Both the position numbers and the translations under genes were made by a program. A stretch of DNA of 55,020 nt, the filler included, from an uncultured Acidimicrobiales bacterium (GTDB lineage: Bacteria > Actinomycetota > Acidimicrobiia > Acidimicrobiales > UBA10347): assembly GCA_943788915.1 (NCBI GenBank). It is 3 parts of 3 records of this genome, joined end to end, with 100 filler letters (N's around TTAATTAATTAA, not from the genome) between each part and the next. Parts side by side here need not be neighbours in the genome. Positions count along the whole stretch, not along the records: positions 1 to 23,690 come from CALSSD010000019.1; 2 more parts are not named here. One strand, written 5' to 3'. The first letter of the stretch is position 1, and every line of letters begins with the position of its first letter. The notes below the pieces were generated by a model that was not told where the DNA came from, searched no databases, and was given only the letters and a program-made list of their open reading frames with translations. Positions 1 to 9,389 of the stretch are shown here, in pieces.

Positions 1-358
1 CGTCTATGGCCTTGTTGGACGAATCGGCCGCTTTTCCATCTATCTCGGCCCCAAAGTGCTGTTCCCGGCACACAAGGTGCCGGGAACGAAGATCTGGCCA
101 GACTTCTTCATGGTCAGAGAATCTTGAACACTTAGGCCATCTGACCTCATGCAATGAGGTAAAAATCACGTGTCACGTTGCAATCGGCCCAGTGCCACCG
201 TGACCCCATCGGAGCGATGGAGGGTCGGATGGACGATGCGACCAGAAGCAACAACCCGGCTGCGTGCCAACGCCTCGTGCGCAGCAACGCAAGCCCGGAG
301 TTACCGCCCAGCAGGAGCCGAAAGCAAGCCGCCACCTCATTCCAAGCGGCGAGCGGTA

Positions 359-1243
359 CTACAGCCCAGCGACGATCTCTGCCATGAGCTCGCCGGCTTC
401 GGTCGGGTTGAGCCCGACCTTCACGCCTGCGTCGCGCAGTGCTTCCATCTTGGCGTCGGCGGTGCCTTTACCCCCGGAGACGATGGCGCCTGCGTGGCCC
501 ATCTTCTTTCCCGGAGGTGCGGTTACGCCTGCGACGTAGCTGGAGACTGGTTTGGTCACGTGGTTCTTGATGAACTCCGCGGCTTCCTCTTCGGCCGAAC
601 CACCAATTTCGCCGATCATCATGATCGCTTTGGTCTCGGGGTCAGCTTCGAAGGCTGCCAGGCAGTCGATGAAGCTAGTGCCAGGAACAGGGTCGCCACC
701 GATACCGACACACGTGGTGACACCGATGTCTTTCTGCTGCAGTTCATACAGCGCCTGGTAGGTCAGCGTTCCGGACCGACTCACGATGCCGACGGGGCCA
801 CCAGGTTTGGCGATGTGACCAGCGGTGATTCCGATGTTGCACTTTCCTGGGCTGATGATGCCAGGGCAGTTCGGGCCGAGCAGCCGCACGTCGGGGAAGT
901 CGCGCTGAAGGTTATTGAAGAACCATGCTTCGTCGTGGGCTGGCACACCTTCGGTGATGGCCACGATGAACGTGATGCCACCTTCGGCGGCCTCCATCAC
1001 GGCATCTTTCACGCCCGGTGCAGGAATGAAGATGCAGCTTGCGGTTGCACCGGTTGCTTCGACGGCCTCGGCCACCGATGCGTACACCGGCACACCGTTG
1101 ATGTCGGTACCAGCCTTGGTTGGATGGGTCCCGGCGACTACCTGGGTGCCGTATTCAGCGTTCAGGCCGCCGTAGTAGCTGCCCTGTCGACCGGTCAGAC
1201 CCTGGTAGATGACCTTGGTGTTTTCGTCTACAAATATTGCCAT
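359..1243 (-). CDS. sucD: Succinyl-CoA synthetase alpha subunit
   Basis: MAIFVDENTKVIYQGLTG, GPNCPG, SRSGTLTY, KMGHAGA phospho-His motif; start set at ATG 1243. Confidence 0.97.
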   Translation of the reverse strand: MAIFVDENTKVIYQGLTGRQGSYYGGLNAEYGTQVVAGTHPTKAGTDINGVPVYASVAEAVEATGATASCIFIPAPGVKDAVMEAAEGGITFIVAITEGVPAHDEAWFFNNLQRDFPDVRLLGPNCPGIISPGKCNIGITAGHIAKPGGPVGIVSRSGTLTYQALYELQQKDIGVTTCVGIGGDPVPGTSFIDCLAAFEADPETKAIMMIGEIGGSAEEEAAEFIKNHVTKPVSSYVAGVTAPPGKKMGHAGAIVSGGKGTADAKMEALRDAGVKVGLNPTEAGELMAEIVAGL

Positions 1244-1271
1244 TGTTCGATCCTTAAGTCCCTCTACCTGG

Positions 1272-2417
1272 TCAGCCTGCGGCCAGCTCGGCGGCCTTGC
1301 GGGCTGCATCGAGCATCGTGGTTTCCATCATCAACATGTCGTTTAGCTCGGGCTCAAGGATGGCCCGGCCTTCATCGGCATTCGTGCCGTCCAAACGAAT
1401 CACGATTGGTGAGTCGATCTTGACCCGTTTCATGGCTTCGAGGATGCCGTTGGCTACTTCTTCACCTCGGGTGATTCCACCGAAGATATTGATGAAGATG
1501 GCCTTGACGTTTTTATCGTCGTTGATCACCTGGAGTGCACCCGACATGACGTCGGCGTTTGCGCCGCCGCCGATGTCCAGGAAGTTGGCGGGTTTACCGC
1601 CGACCTGATTGATCACGTCGAGTGTGCTCATGGCGAGACCAGCGCCGTTGGCAATCACGCCAACCGTGCCGTCGAGCCCGACGTACTGCAGCCCCTTGGC
1701 GTGAGCGGCTTCTTCGCGCTCATCACGGGTCTGGGTCTCGTCGTATTGGGCATAGTCAGGATGACGGAACTCTGCGTTGCCGTCGAGCGTGACCTTTGAG
1801 TCGAGTACGTGGACCTTGCCCTCGGGCGTGAGGATCAGCGGGTTGATCTCTACAAGGTCAGCGTCGCCTTCGACATAACTGGTGTACAGCTGCTTGGCAA
1901 TGGCGATTGCACCGTCGCGAGCCTCGGGGTTCAGATTCGCACCGTCGACCCATTGAGCAGCAACCTCGTCGGTGAGACCGTCGACCGGGTCAACCCAGAT
2001 CTTGCTGATCTTCTCGGGGGTAGAGGCGGCAACCTCTTCGATGTCCATGCCACCTTCGGCACTGAGCATGCCCAAGTGCTTTTTTGCAGCACGATCGAGT
2101 GTGAAGCTCATGTAGTACTCCTCGGCGATATCCGAGGCAGCTTCGATCCACAACCGTTCGACGATGTGGCCCTTGATGTCAAGGCCGAGGATGTTGGTTG
2201 CGTGCTCGCGCACTGCATCCATGTCGGGCGCGAACTTAATGCCGCCCAACTTGCCCCGGCCACCGGTCAGCACTTGCGACTTCACCATCACAGGAGTCCC
2301 GAGGCGCTCGGCCGCAGCCATCGCTTCGTCGACGGTAAAGGCAACTTCGCCTGCCGAAATTGGCATGCCGTATTGGGCGAAGAATTGTTTGCCCTGATAC
2401 TCGAACAGATCCACCAC
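1272..2417 (-). CDS. sucC: Succinyl-CoA synthetase beta subunit
   Basis: DLFEYQGK, GGRGKLGG, EINPL, NGAGLAMST, NFLDIGGGA, NIFGGI motifs; directly upstream of sucD. Confidence 0.97.
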   Translation of the reverse strand: MVDLFEYQGKQFFAQYGMPISAGEVAFTVDEAMAAAERLGTPVMVKSQVLTGGRGKLGGIKFAPDMDAVREHATNILGLDIKGHIVERLWIEAASDIAEEYYMSFTLDRAAKKHLGMLSAEGGMDIEEVAASTPEKISKIWVDPVDGLTDEVAAQWVDGANLNPEARDGAIAIAKQLYTSYVEGDADLVEINPLILTPEGKVHVLDSKVTLDGNAEFRHPDYAQYDETQTRDEREEAAHAKGLQYVGLDGTVGVIANGAGLAMSTLDVINQVGGKPANFLDIGGGANADVMSGALQVINDDKNVKAIFINIFGGITRGEEVANGILEAMKRVKIDSPIVIRLDGTNADEGRAILEPELNDMLMMETTMLDAARKAAELAAG

Positions 2418-2564
2418 AGCTCCTTTGGCAAGGGGTTAAAAACGCGCGTCGCCGGGTGGGATGTGGCGAGGCGCCGACGTGAGCCTAGTTTCGCCCCGAC
2501 ACAACTCCCGCAATGGGCCGACGAACTTTCCTGAGATCGGAGCTGCGGGTCAGCCAGATAGCTT

Positions 2565-3065
2565 GTGACCGTGCCAGTAGAACAGAGAGATCCAAAGCAA
2601 ACAGTCAAGGCTGTAACGCTGGGAATTGCGGCTGTCGGTGCTGCCGTAGGTTTCCTGCTCCTCGTCCTGTGGTTCACCGACCGGGGCGCTGTCGAGATCG
2701 CTTTAGGCGACGACACCTTCGAAGCTGGTCGGGTCGACATCATCGCGGAGGAGATTCGAGAGAACGGCCCGATCAAGTACGCAGACCTCATCGGTGGTCG
2801 CCAGAACATCATCTTGCAGCACCTCGGCGACGACGACCAGGTCGGCTGGTACGCCTTTGACCTGATCCGTCCCGGCCAGCCAAACGAGTGCCAACTCGAC
2901 TGGATCGGCGCAGCCCAAGAATTCCGTGACTCCTGCGATGGAACCTCGGTCCCGCCTACCGGTTTCGGCCAGCCCGACTATCCGGTTGAGATCGAAGAAG
3001 GCCGTATCTCGATCGACTTCCGCGCCCAGGACACCGACGGCGACGAATCTCTATCTGACGAGTAG
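2565..3065 (+). CDS. Membrane-anchored hypothetical protein with degenerate Rieske-like C-terminal domain
   Basis: N-terminal TM helix; ECQLDW...FRDSCDGT...YPVEIEEGRISID resembles Rieske boxes lacking Fe-S ligands. Confidence 0.6.
   Translation: MTVPVEQRDPKQTVKAVTLGIAAVGAAVGFLLLVLWFTDRGAVEIALGDDTFEAGRVDIIAEEIRENGPIKYADLIGGRQNIILQHLGDDDQVGWYAFDLIRPGQPNECQLDWIGAAQEFRDSCDGTSVPPTGFGQPDYPVEIEEGRISIDFRAQDTDGDESLSDE
2988..3041 (+). repeat. Imperfect direct repeat, copy 1 (3' end of the 2565-3065 gene)
   Basis: GAGATCGAAGAAGGCCGTATCTCGATCGACTTCCGCGCCCAGGACACCGACGGC, repeated at 4087-4139. Confidence 0.9.
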
Positions 3066-3447
3066 CCACCGAAAGCGCCTAGTCAGTTCGTCGAGTGCCC
3101 GCAAGCCCGACAGGCGCGCCCTGCTGCCATACCTGCGCTCGTCCGCACCCTCGGGAAGAGGTTTGTCAGAGAAACGGTTTGCTGCTTAACGGTTGTGTCT
3201 ACCCAACTGGTCAACAGCCAGATTCGTTCGGTCCCAATGCGCCGACATCCCGATACCAACACCGAGACTCCGACCGCCACGCCCGTAGTCGAACTGCTCT
3301 CGGGCCATATCTTGCACACCGTGGACGGCCCCTTGTGGAAAGCGGGCCAGGCTGTGAGGCCATCTTGGTCTCCGCGACCGGCGATTACGCCGCCTCGTCG
3401 CCACCCAGCGACTCCTTCGCTCAGGCACTGCCAGTCGGCAACTATCT

Positions 3448-3877
3448 CATCTGCCAAATCTGCGGCGGCGCGCTCGCACCCGTCGAGAACTCCGGCATGG
3501 AGTGGCCGGTCCCAGACTGCGACGTTGAGGTCCGTTGCTGAGAGGGCGACCGCACTCGCCAGGTGTGCGGCGTCGGCGCCACGGAGGCCGTGAGGTGCTG
3601 CTAGTTGTCCAGCGCTTTGTTCTACATCGGCAGACAATTTCACGGGGCGAATCGATGCCCAGAATGCCTCCTAGTCAGCGGCGGCAGAGCGCGCCTCCAA
3701 CAGCGTGAGGTCATGGTTGCGTCCGGCTGCGGCGAGGGCGGCGCCTAGCTCTGAATAGGCCAGACGGCTCGACAATGCAGCGTCGTATCCGTTCCACAAA
3801 GCTGCAGCACTATCTGACCCAGTCTCATCCAGGACAAGTTTGACCAGAGCGCTCGCATCGACATGGACCAGCGACAT
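3448..3877 (-). pseudogene. vapC: VapC/PIN-domain toxin interrupted by in-frame TAG at 3671-3673 (3' end approximate)
   Basis: MSLVHVDASALVKL...AAAD*EAFWASIRPV...LRGADAAHLASA...VAVWDRPLH in one frame; PIN acidic residues recognisable; TAG where Trp (TGG) is expected. Confidence 0.85.
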
Positions 3878-3879
3878 AC

Positions 3880-3971
3880 TCAGCGACGCTGGTCACGAAT
3901 GATGTCAGCAACGGGTCGTTTCGGTATCGACCGAGATGTGCCCTGAGTTCAGTGACTGTGACGTCCTTCAC
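3880..3971 (-). pseudogene. vapB: Internally deleted Phd/YefM-type VapB antitoxin remnant
   Basis: N-terminal VKDVTVTELRAHL joined out of frame to C-terminal PKRPVADIIRDQRR*, ending 2 nt before the vapC ATG. Confidence 0.7.
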
Positions 3972-4086
3972 TCAGCTGCACATTACGAAGATGCGCCAAA
4001 CGTACAGTTCGGCGCAACAGCGTCCCGCCAGCCGCTGAATTCAACAGAGCCACACAACTGGCGAGGTGCGTGTCGGACATCTCGTC

Positions 4087-4139
4087 GAGATCGAAAAGGC
4101 CGGATCTCGATCGACTTTCGCGCCCAAGATACCGACGGC
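4087..4139 (+). repeat. Imperfect direct repeat, copy 2 (displaced gene 3' end)
   Basis: Matches 2988-3041 with 4 substitutions and a 1-nt deletion; encodes GRISIDFRAQDTDG. Confidence 0.9.
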
Positions 4140-4168
4140 AGTCTGGCGTAGAGCGAGGCTAAGGTCAC

Positions 4169-5221
4169 GTGTCTTGGGAGTTCGCGGGAATGTTGCGGCT
4201 ATGTCGATGCCGACGGTCTGAGGTGCGACAGCACCGCCCAGGATGGAGCGTCGCCCGCCTTAGCTTCTTCGTTGCGCTCGGCTTGTGGGCGCTCATGTCG
4301 TGTTCGTCGGGTGAGAATCCAGCCGAACAGTCCTTCGCCAGCAGAGAGGAAGGCGAGATCACAGTTGAGGAAACAAGGATGAAAGTCGGCGGAGGCATCG
4401 TCGTCCAGACGAGAGCGGTTGGACCGGTCGATGCCACGAACGTGTTGATCACGATCCATGGTGGCCCTGGTCTCAGCCTCGAAGCAATGCGTGGGTTCGA
4501 ACTACTCGCTGGACCGGACCGACGCGTCGTGAGTTATGACCAGCGTGGTGCTGGACGCTCCACCATGGCCGACGATCTCGACTACAGCCTTGAAGGCCAC
4601 GTTGCCGACCTCGAAGCGGTCCGCAAAGCGCTCGGCGTCGAGAGTGTGCAACTTGTCGGGCAATCATGGGGTGGGGCCATTGCCTCTGCGTACGCGGCTA
4701 CCCATCCAGACCGCGTCAGTGCACTGGTGCTTGTGGGCGCAGTGCCACTGGACCGGGCCGAGTATCTGGCTGGGCAGGACCGATTCCAAGCACGCGTCGC
4801 CGAACTGCAGCAACTCGAGATTATCGCTGCTCAGATCCCTCAGATCGAGCACGGATCGTGTGTGGCCGCCTTCCACGCAGTCCTGCCCGCCTACCTCGAT
4901 GACCCCACCTCGAACCTAGAAGTGCCACTCGAATCCTGCACCGCAGAAACGACGATCGCCACCTACGAAGCGTTCATAACGGACGAGACGGTGTCCGAAT
5001 ACGGCGACAATCTCGCAGCGTTCGCTTCCCCAGCGTTGCTCCTTGCTGGCGAACACGATGTCTACGGGCGCGGCTGGCTCACACGACAACAAGAACTCTT
5101 CGTAAACGCGCTAACGGACCTCGTGCTCATCTCCAACGCCGGACACCTCGTGATCGCCGAACAGCCAGACGCGACCCTGTCAGCGATTACCAGGTTCCTC
5201 GCCGACCAAGCACGTTCCTGA
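4169..5221 (+). CDS. Alpha/beta hydrolase, proline iminopeptidase-like, probable lipoprotein (start uncertain)
   Basis: HGGPG, YDQRGAGRS, GQSWGG nucleophile elbow, AGH catalytic His; LMSC lipobox-like. Confidence 0.85.
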   Translation: MSWEFAGMLRLCRCRRSEVRQHRPGWSVARLSFFVALGLWALMSCSSGENPAEQSFASREEGEITVEETRMKVGGGIVVQTRAVGPVDATNVLITIHGGPGLSLEAMRGFELLAGPDRRVVSYDQRGAGRSTMADDLDYSLEGHVADLEAVRKALGVESVQLVGQSWGGAIASAYAATHPDRVSALVLVGAVPLDRAEYLAGQDRFQARVAELQQLEIIAAQIPQIEHGSCVAAFHAVLPAYLDDPTSNLEVPLESCTAETTIATYEAFITDETVSEYGDNLAAFASPALLLAGEHDVYGRGWLTRQQELFVNALTDLVLISNAGHLVIAEQPDATLSAITRFLADQARS

Positions 5222-5380
5222 GCACTCCGACCCCTAGGTCAGCAGCCGGGCATATGGCGGTTGGCCCAGCCATGTCGTCGCCGGCCAGGCTGCGCTCCGT
5301 GACACATCCAGCAGCACAGGCAATGCAACGAACGATTCGACACTGGCTGCTGTTCGTTGCGGTGCGTCTACCATCGACTG

Positions 5381-6136
5381 ATGGCAGAGGTGTTCCATCT
5401 TGATCTGACTCGCGACATGTTGGGCGGCGCCACAGTGGCGATCATGCCCGGTGACCCAGCGCGACCCGAGTCCATAGCGAAGGGCATGGACAACCCGGTC
5501 TTCTTGGCCAGCAAACGCGAGTTCACCAGCTGGCTTGGATACATCAACGGCACGCCCGTCGTCGTGTGTTCCACAGGAATCGGTGGACCGTCGACATCGA
5601 TCGCGGTAGAAGAGCTTGCACAGCTCGGGGTACGCACCTTCTTACGAGTGGGCACGACCGGGGCAATTCAGCCAGACATCGCCGTTGGCGATGTGGTCGT
5701 AACCCAGGCTGCTGTCCGACTCGATGGAGCCAGCGGCCATTTCGCCCCTCTCGAATATCCGGCCGCGTCCGACTTCGCGTGCACCTCTGCGTTAGTCCAC
5801 GCAGCGGCCGAGTTGGGGCTCCCCCATCACGTGGGCATCACCGCATCGTCGGACACCTTCTACCCAGGTCAGGAACGTTACGACACAGTGTCGCAGCAGG
5901 TGCTCCCCCGCTTCCGCGGAAGCGCCGAGGAATGGCAACGACTCGGCGTGCTCAACTACGAGATGGAATCCGCGACCTTGTTCACCATGTGTTCGTCGCA
6001 CGGATGGCGGGCTGGTTGTGTTGCTGGCGTGCTCGTTAACCGACATCAACAAGAGACACCCGACGAAGCGACGATCGAATCGGCCGAAGCGAACGCCGTT
6101 GCCGTCGTGTTGGCTGCCGCTCGCGACCTGGTATGA
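5381..6136 (+). CDS. udp: Uridine phosphorylase
   Basis: [43 protein letters not shown]. Confidence 0.95.
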   Translation: MAEVFHLDLTRDMLGGATVAIMPGDPARPESIAKGMDNPVFLASKREFTSWLGYINGTPVVVCSTGIGGPSTSIAVEELAQLGVRTFLRVGTTGAIQPDIAVGDVVVTQAAVRLDGASGHFAPLEYPAASDFACTSALVHAAAELGLPHHVGITASSDTFYPGQERYDTVSQQVLPRFRGSAEEWQRLGVLNYEMESATLFTMCSSHGWRAGCVAGVLVNRHQQETPDEATIESAEANAVAVVLAAARDLV

Positions 6137-6673
6137 CCACAGAACACAATCCGTGGAAAACCCAGTCATCCGACGTCGTGTACGACAACCCTTGGATCGA
6201 AGTCTCCCACAGCGATGTCACGACACCGACGGGGAGCGATGGCATCTACGGAGTGGTGCACTTCAAGAACCTGGCCATTGCTGTTGTCCCGATCGATGAG
6301 CACGACCACACCTGGCTTGTGGGCCAGTACCGCTGATCACTACACCTGGGAAGTCCCCGAAGGTGGTGGGCCGCTCGATGAGAGTCCGGCCGAAGCCGCT
6401 CGCCGTGAGCTCCGCGAAGAATGTGGTCTGTTGGCCCAGAATCTCGAGCTGTTAATGACAGCCGAACTAAGTAACTCGGTGACCGACGAGCGGGCCCACA
6501 TCTATGTAGCTACTGGGCTCACCGCGGTGAATTTCGACCCCGACGACACCGAAGTTTTGGAGCTACGGCGACTGCCCGTCGACGATGCGATCGCCATGGC
6601 AATGAACGGCGAGATCACCGACGCCCTCTCGCTGATTGCACTCCTGCGGCTAGCGGCCGACCGGCGAACCTGA
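6133..6673 (+). pseudogene. NUDIX hydrolase (ADP-ribose pyrophosphatase-like), frameshifted near 6335
   Basis: N-half (VYDNPWI...LVGQYR*) in one frame; Nudix box WEVPEGG...AARRELREECGL in another. Confidence 0.8.
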
Positions 6674-6742
6674 ACAACGGTCTCTTCAACAAACGGTCTC
6701 GTCGTCTGGGCCATGGCACGGGACGGCGCGTAATGTGCGGGC

Positions 6743-7546
6743 ATGGCTGAAGACCTGTGTTTGTACGACGTCGCCGATGGCATCGCCACCCTGACGTTTA
6801 ATCGACCCGATTCCATGAACGGCATGACCGGCAACATGGAGGTCGCGTACTTCGAACGACTTCGTCAAGCCGAGGCCGACACCGATGTACGAGTCATCGT
6901 GGTGACCGGTGCTGGTCGAGCATTCTGCCCTGGTGCTGACCTGGCACATCGAGCAGGCCCTGACGACCATTCACTGCCGAACGCCGAGATTCCTCGCACC
7001 ATGCCACTCGATATTCGCAAACCGATGATCGCCGCGATTAACGGCGCGTGTGCCGGTGTGGGCCTGGCCTACGCCCTGCAATGCGACCTGAGGTTTGCCG
7101 TGAAACCAGCCAAGTTCACGACCGCGTTCTCCCGTCGTGGTCTCATTGGTGAATACGGCATGGCGTGGCTGCTCAACGCCATCGCTGGCCGCCAGGTGGC
7201 CATGGACCTGCTGCTCTCGGCTCGTGTTGTCAAGGGTGATGAGGCTGCCCAGCTCGGGATTATCTCCGCTGCCTTCGAACCCGAAGACCTGATGCCCCAC
7301 GTCATGGCCTACGCCAGAGACCTGGCCGCCAATGTCTCCCCTGCCTCGATGGCGACCATCAAGCATCAGGTCAACCAGGAACCAGCCATGACGGTGCACA
7401 ACGCAACGGATCACGCTGAGGGCTTGATGCGCGAGTCACTTACCGGTTCCGACGTTGGCGAAGGCATCGCCAGCTTCCTGGAGAAGCGCCAGGTCGGCTT
7501 CCCTCCGCTGGGCGACGGCACCAGCTTCGACTGGATGAGCTCATAG
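6743..7546 (+). CDS. Enoyl-CoA hydratase/isomerase (crotonase family)
   Basis: TLTFNRPD, FCPGADL, AAINGACAGVG, EGIASFLEKR. Confidence 0.92.
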   Translation: MAEDLCLYDVADGIATLTFNRPDSMNGMTGNMEVAYFERLRQAEADTDVRVIVVTGAGRAFCPGADLAHRAGPDDHSLPNAEIPRTMPLDIRKPMIAAINGACAGVGLAYALQCDLRFAVKPAKFTTAFSRRGLIGEYGMAWLLNAIAGRQVAMDLLLSARVVKGDEAAQLGIISAAFEPEDLMPHVMAYARDLAANVSPASMATIKHQVNQEPAMTVHNATDHAEGLMRESLTGSDVGEGIASFLEKRQVGFPPLGDGTSFDWMSS

Positions 7547-7965
7547 ATACCCAGGCCGCTCAAGCACGATTCACTGATGCTCGTGTTGCTCGCCTTGCGA
7601 CGGTGACCACCGACGGGGCGGCCCATGTCGTGCCCTGCTGTTTCGCTGTGCTCGACAATGGCACAGTCGTGTCTGCGGTAGATGGCAAACCAAAGTCGAC
7701 TGCGGCTCTGCGGCGCCTCGACAACATTGCAGCGAACCCAAGGGTGTCACTCGTCGTCGACCACTACGACGACGACTGGTCACACCTGTGGTGGGTCCGG
7801 CTCGACGGCGTCGCTGAGATCATCCACGCTGGCGATGCCTACGAGGCGGCGCTCGATGCGCTCGTCGCGAACTACGAGCAGTACCGAACGATGCGTCCCA
7901 CCGGTGCCGTGATCGCTATCTCGCCCACCCAATGGCGCTCATGGAGCGCGACGTCTGATCTGTGA
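7543..7965 (+). CDS. PPOX-class F420-dependent oxidoreductase (pyridoxamine 5'-phosphate oxidase-like); start uncertain
   Basis: ARVARLATV...HVVP...VDGKPKST..LRRLDNIAANPRVSLVVDHYDDDWSHLWWVR; homology extends upstream of GTG 7603 to ATA 7543. Confidence 0.88.
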   Translation: MDTQAAQARFTDARVARLATVTTDGAAHVVPCCFAVLDNGTVVSAVDGKPKSTAALRRLDNIAANPRVSLVVDHYDDDWSHLWWVRLDGVAEIIHAGDAYEAALDALVANYEQYRTMRPTGAVIAISPTQWRSWSATSDL

Positions 7966-8007
7966 GGGTCACACCGCGTTATGCGCGGCCTGAGGCTGAT
8001 AGATCGA

Positions 8008-9372
8008 TTACAGGTAGGTGAGGCGTTCGATGATGGTGTCGATGTCGGCGTGGCTGGTGCGGGGGTTCACGAAGCAGAACCGGTAGACGGGTTCGCCGTC
8101 ATGACGAGACGGCACCACAAAGGCCGTGCCTTCGTGCATGACCTTCTCGCTCCAGTCTTGGTACTGCTGTGCATCCCAGCCAATGCGTTCAAAGACGACG
8201 ACAGACAGCACTGGATCCATCGTGAGCGTCAGGTGCTCCGCCTCGTCGACCTGCTGAGCCGCGTACACAGCAAGATCCATGGTGATGTCAATTGCGTTGG
8301 CATACGCCTGGGTGCCGTGCACCGCGAGCGAGAACCAAAACGGCAACCCTCGGCTACGGCGGGTCAGATGCACCGCGAAATCGCTGGGGTTCCAGTCACC
8401 CCATGCATCAAGGAACGCCAAATAACCTGCTTCCTGGGCATGTGATCGTCGAGCGGCATCTGGTTCGCGGTAGAGCAACGCGCAGCAGTCGAATGGCGCG
8501 AACAACCATTTGTGAGGATCAACAATGAAACTGTCGGCGTACTCGATGCCATCGAACAACGGGCGACTGCGAGGCGATGCCAGTGCTGCACCGCCGTAAG
8601 CACCGTCGACATGCATCCATACACCACGGTCTCGACACACCTGGCCGATACCTGCGAGATCATCGATGATGCCCAGGTTGGTGGTGCCTGCTGTGGTGAT
8701 CACTGCAGCTACACGGTCACCATGTTCGTCGAGTGCAGCCGCTACTTCGGTGCCCGTCAGCCGGTAGTCATCGTCGACATCAACCTTGATCACGTCGGCA
8801 TCCATGACCGCGGCCATAGACGCCACCGACGAGTGGGTTTGCTTCGATGCAATGAACGCCCACCGATCAGGACGCGACTTGCCTTCCTCGGCCAACCGAT
8901 GAGCAGCATCGTCTCGGGCTGCGACCATGGCCGACAGATTGCCCATGGTGCCGCCGGGCACGAATACACCACCGGCGGTGTCGGGCATACCCACGAGCCC
9001 TCGGAGCCAGTCGAGCGCCTGGTTCTCGGCCCATACGGCGCCGGCACCCTCGAGCCACGAGCCGCCGTAAATCGAACTTGCGCCGACGACCAAATCAAAC
9101 AGCACCGCAGCCTCGGTTGGGGCCGCGGGCACAAACGAGAGGTACCGCTCATAGTCAACAGACAATGACGCAGGGTGCAGGACATCTTCGAACAGGCGCA
9201 TGGCTTCGTCGCCACCGATGCCGTCTGACGTGATCGTGGGCCCACACTCAGCCAACAAATCGTCGGCGGTTCGTGGTGCCCCAAGTGGGATCGGATGTAG
9301 CTCGGTGCGCTCACGGGCGAAGCGCATGATGTTGTCAGCGAGTGCTTTGATCTTCTCGTCGTGTTCGTGCAT
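8008..9372 (-). CDS. Group II PLP-dependent amino acid decarboxylase
   Basis: GGTMGN, HSS, TAGTTNLGIID, HVDGAYGG, DPHKWL (PLP lysine). Confidence 0.92.
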   Translation of the reverse strand: MHEHDEKIKALADNIMRFARERTELHPIPLGAPRTADDLLAECGPTITSDGIGGDEAMRLFEDVLHPASLSVDYERYLSFVPAAPTEAAVLFDLVVGASSIYGGSWLEGAGAVWAENQALDWLRGLVGMPDTAGGVFVPGGTMGNLSAMVAARDDAAHRLAEEGKSRPDRWAFIASKQTHSSVASMAAVMDADVIKVDVDDDYRLTGTEVAAALDEHGDRVAAVITTAGTTNLGIIDDLAGIGQVCRDRGVWMHVDGAYGGAALASPRSRPLFDGIEYADSFIVDPHKWLFAPFDCCALLYREPDAARRSHAQEAGYLAFLDAWGDWNPSDFAVHLTRRSRGLPFWFSLAVHGTQAYANAIDITMDLAVYAAQQVDEAEHLTLTMDPVLSVVVFERIGWDAQQYQDWSEKVMHEGTAFVVPSRHDGEPVYRFCFVNPRTSHADIDTIIERLTYL

Positions 9373-9389
9373 GCTCTCGTCCTTCGGAG

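Noticed and set aside
170..2534. Long plus-strand ORFs (170-1423, 1809-2534) and similar ones such as 24503-25819 and 50377-51297
   Set aside because: Antisense shadows of well-supported genes in high-GC DNA.
3671..3673. In-frame TAG in vapC as pyrrolysine or readthrough
   Set aside because: The position corresponds to Trp, the antitoxin is also destroyed, and other genes use TAG as a normal stop.
6334..6336. TGA in the NUDIX gene as possible selenocysteine
   Set aside because: Homology continues in a different frame and residues appear deleted; this is a frameshift, not readthrough.
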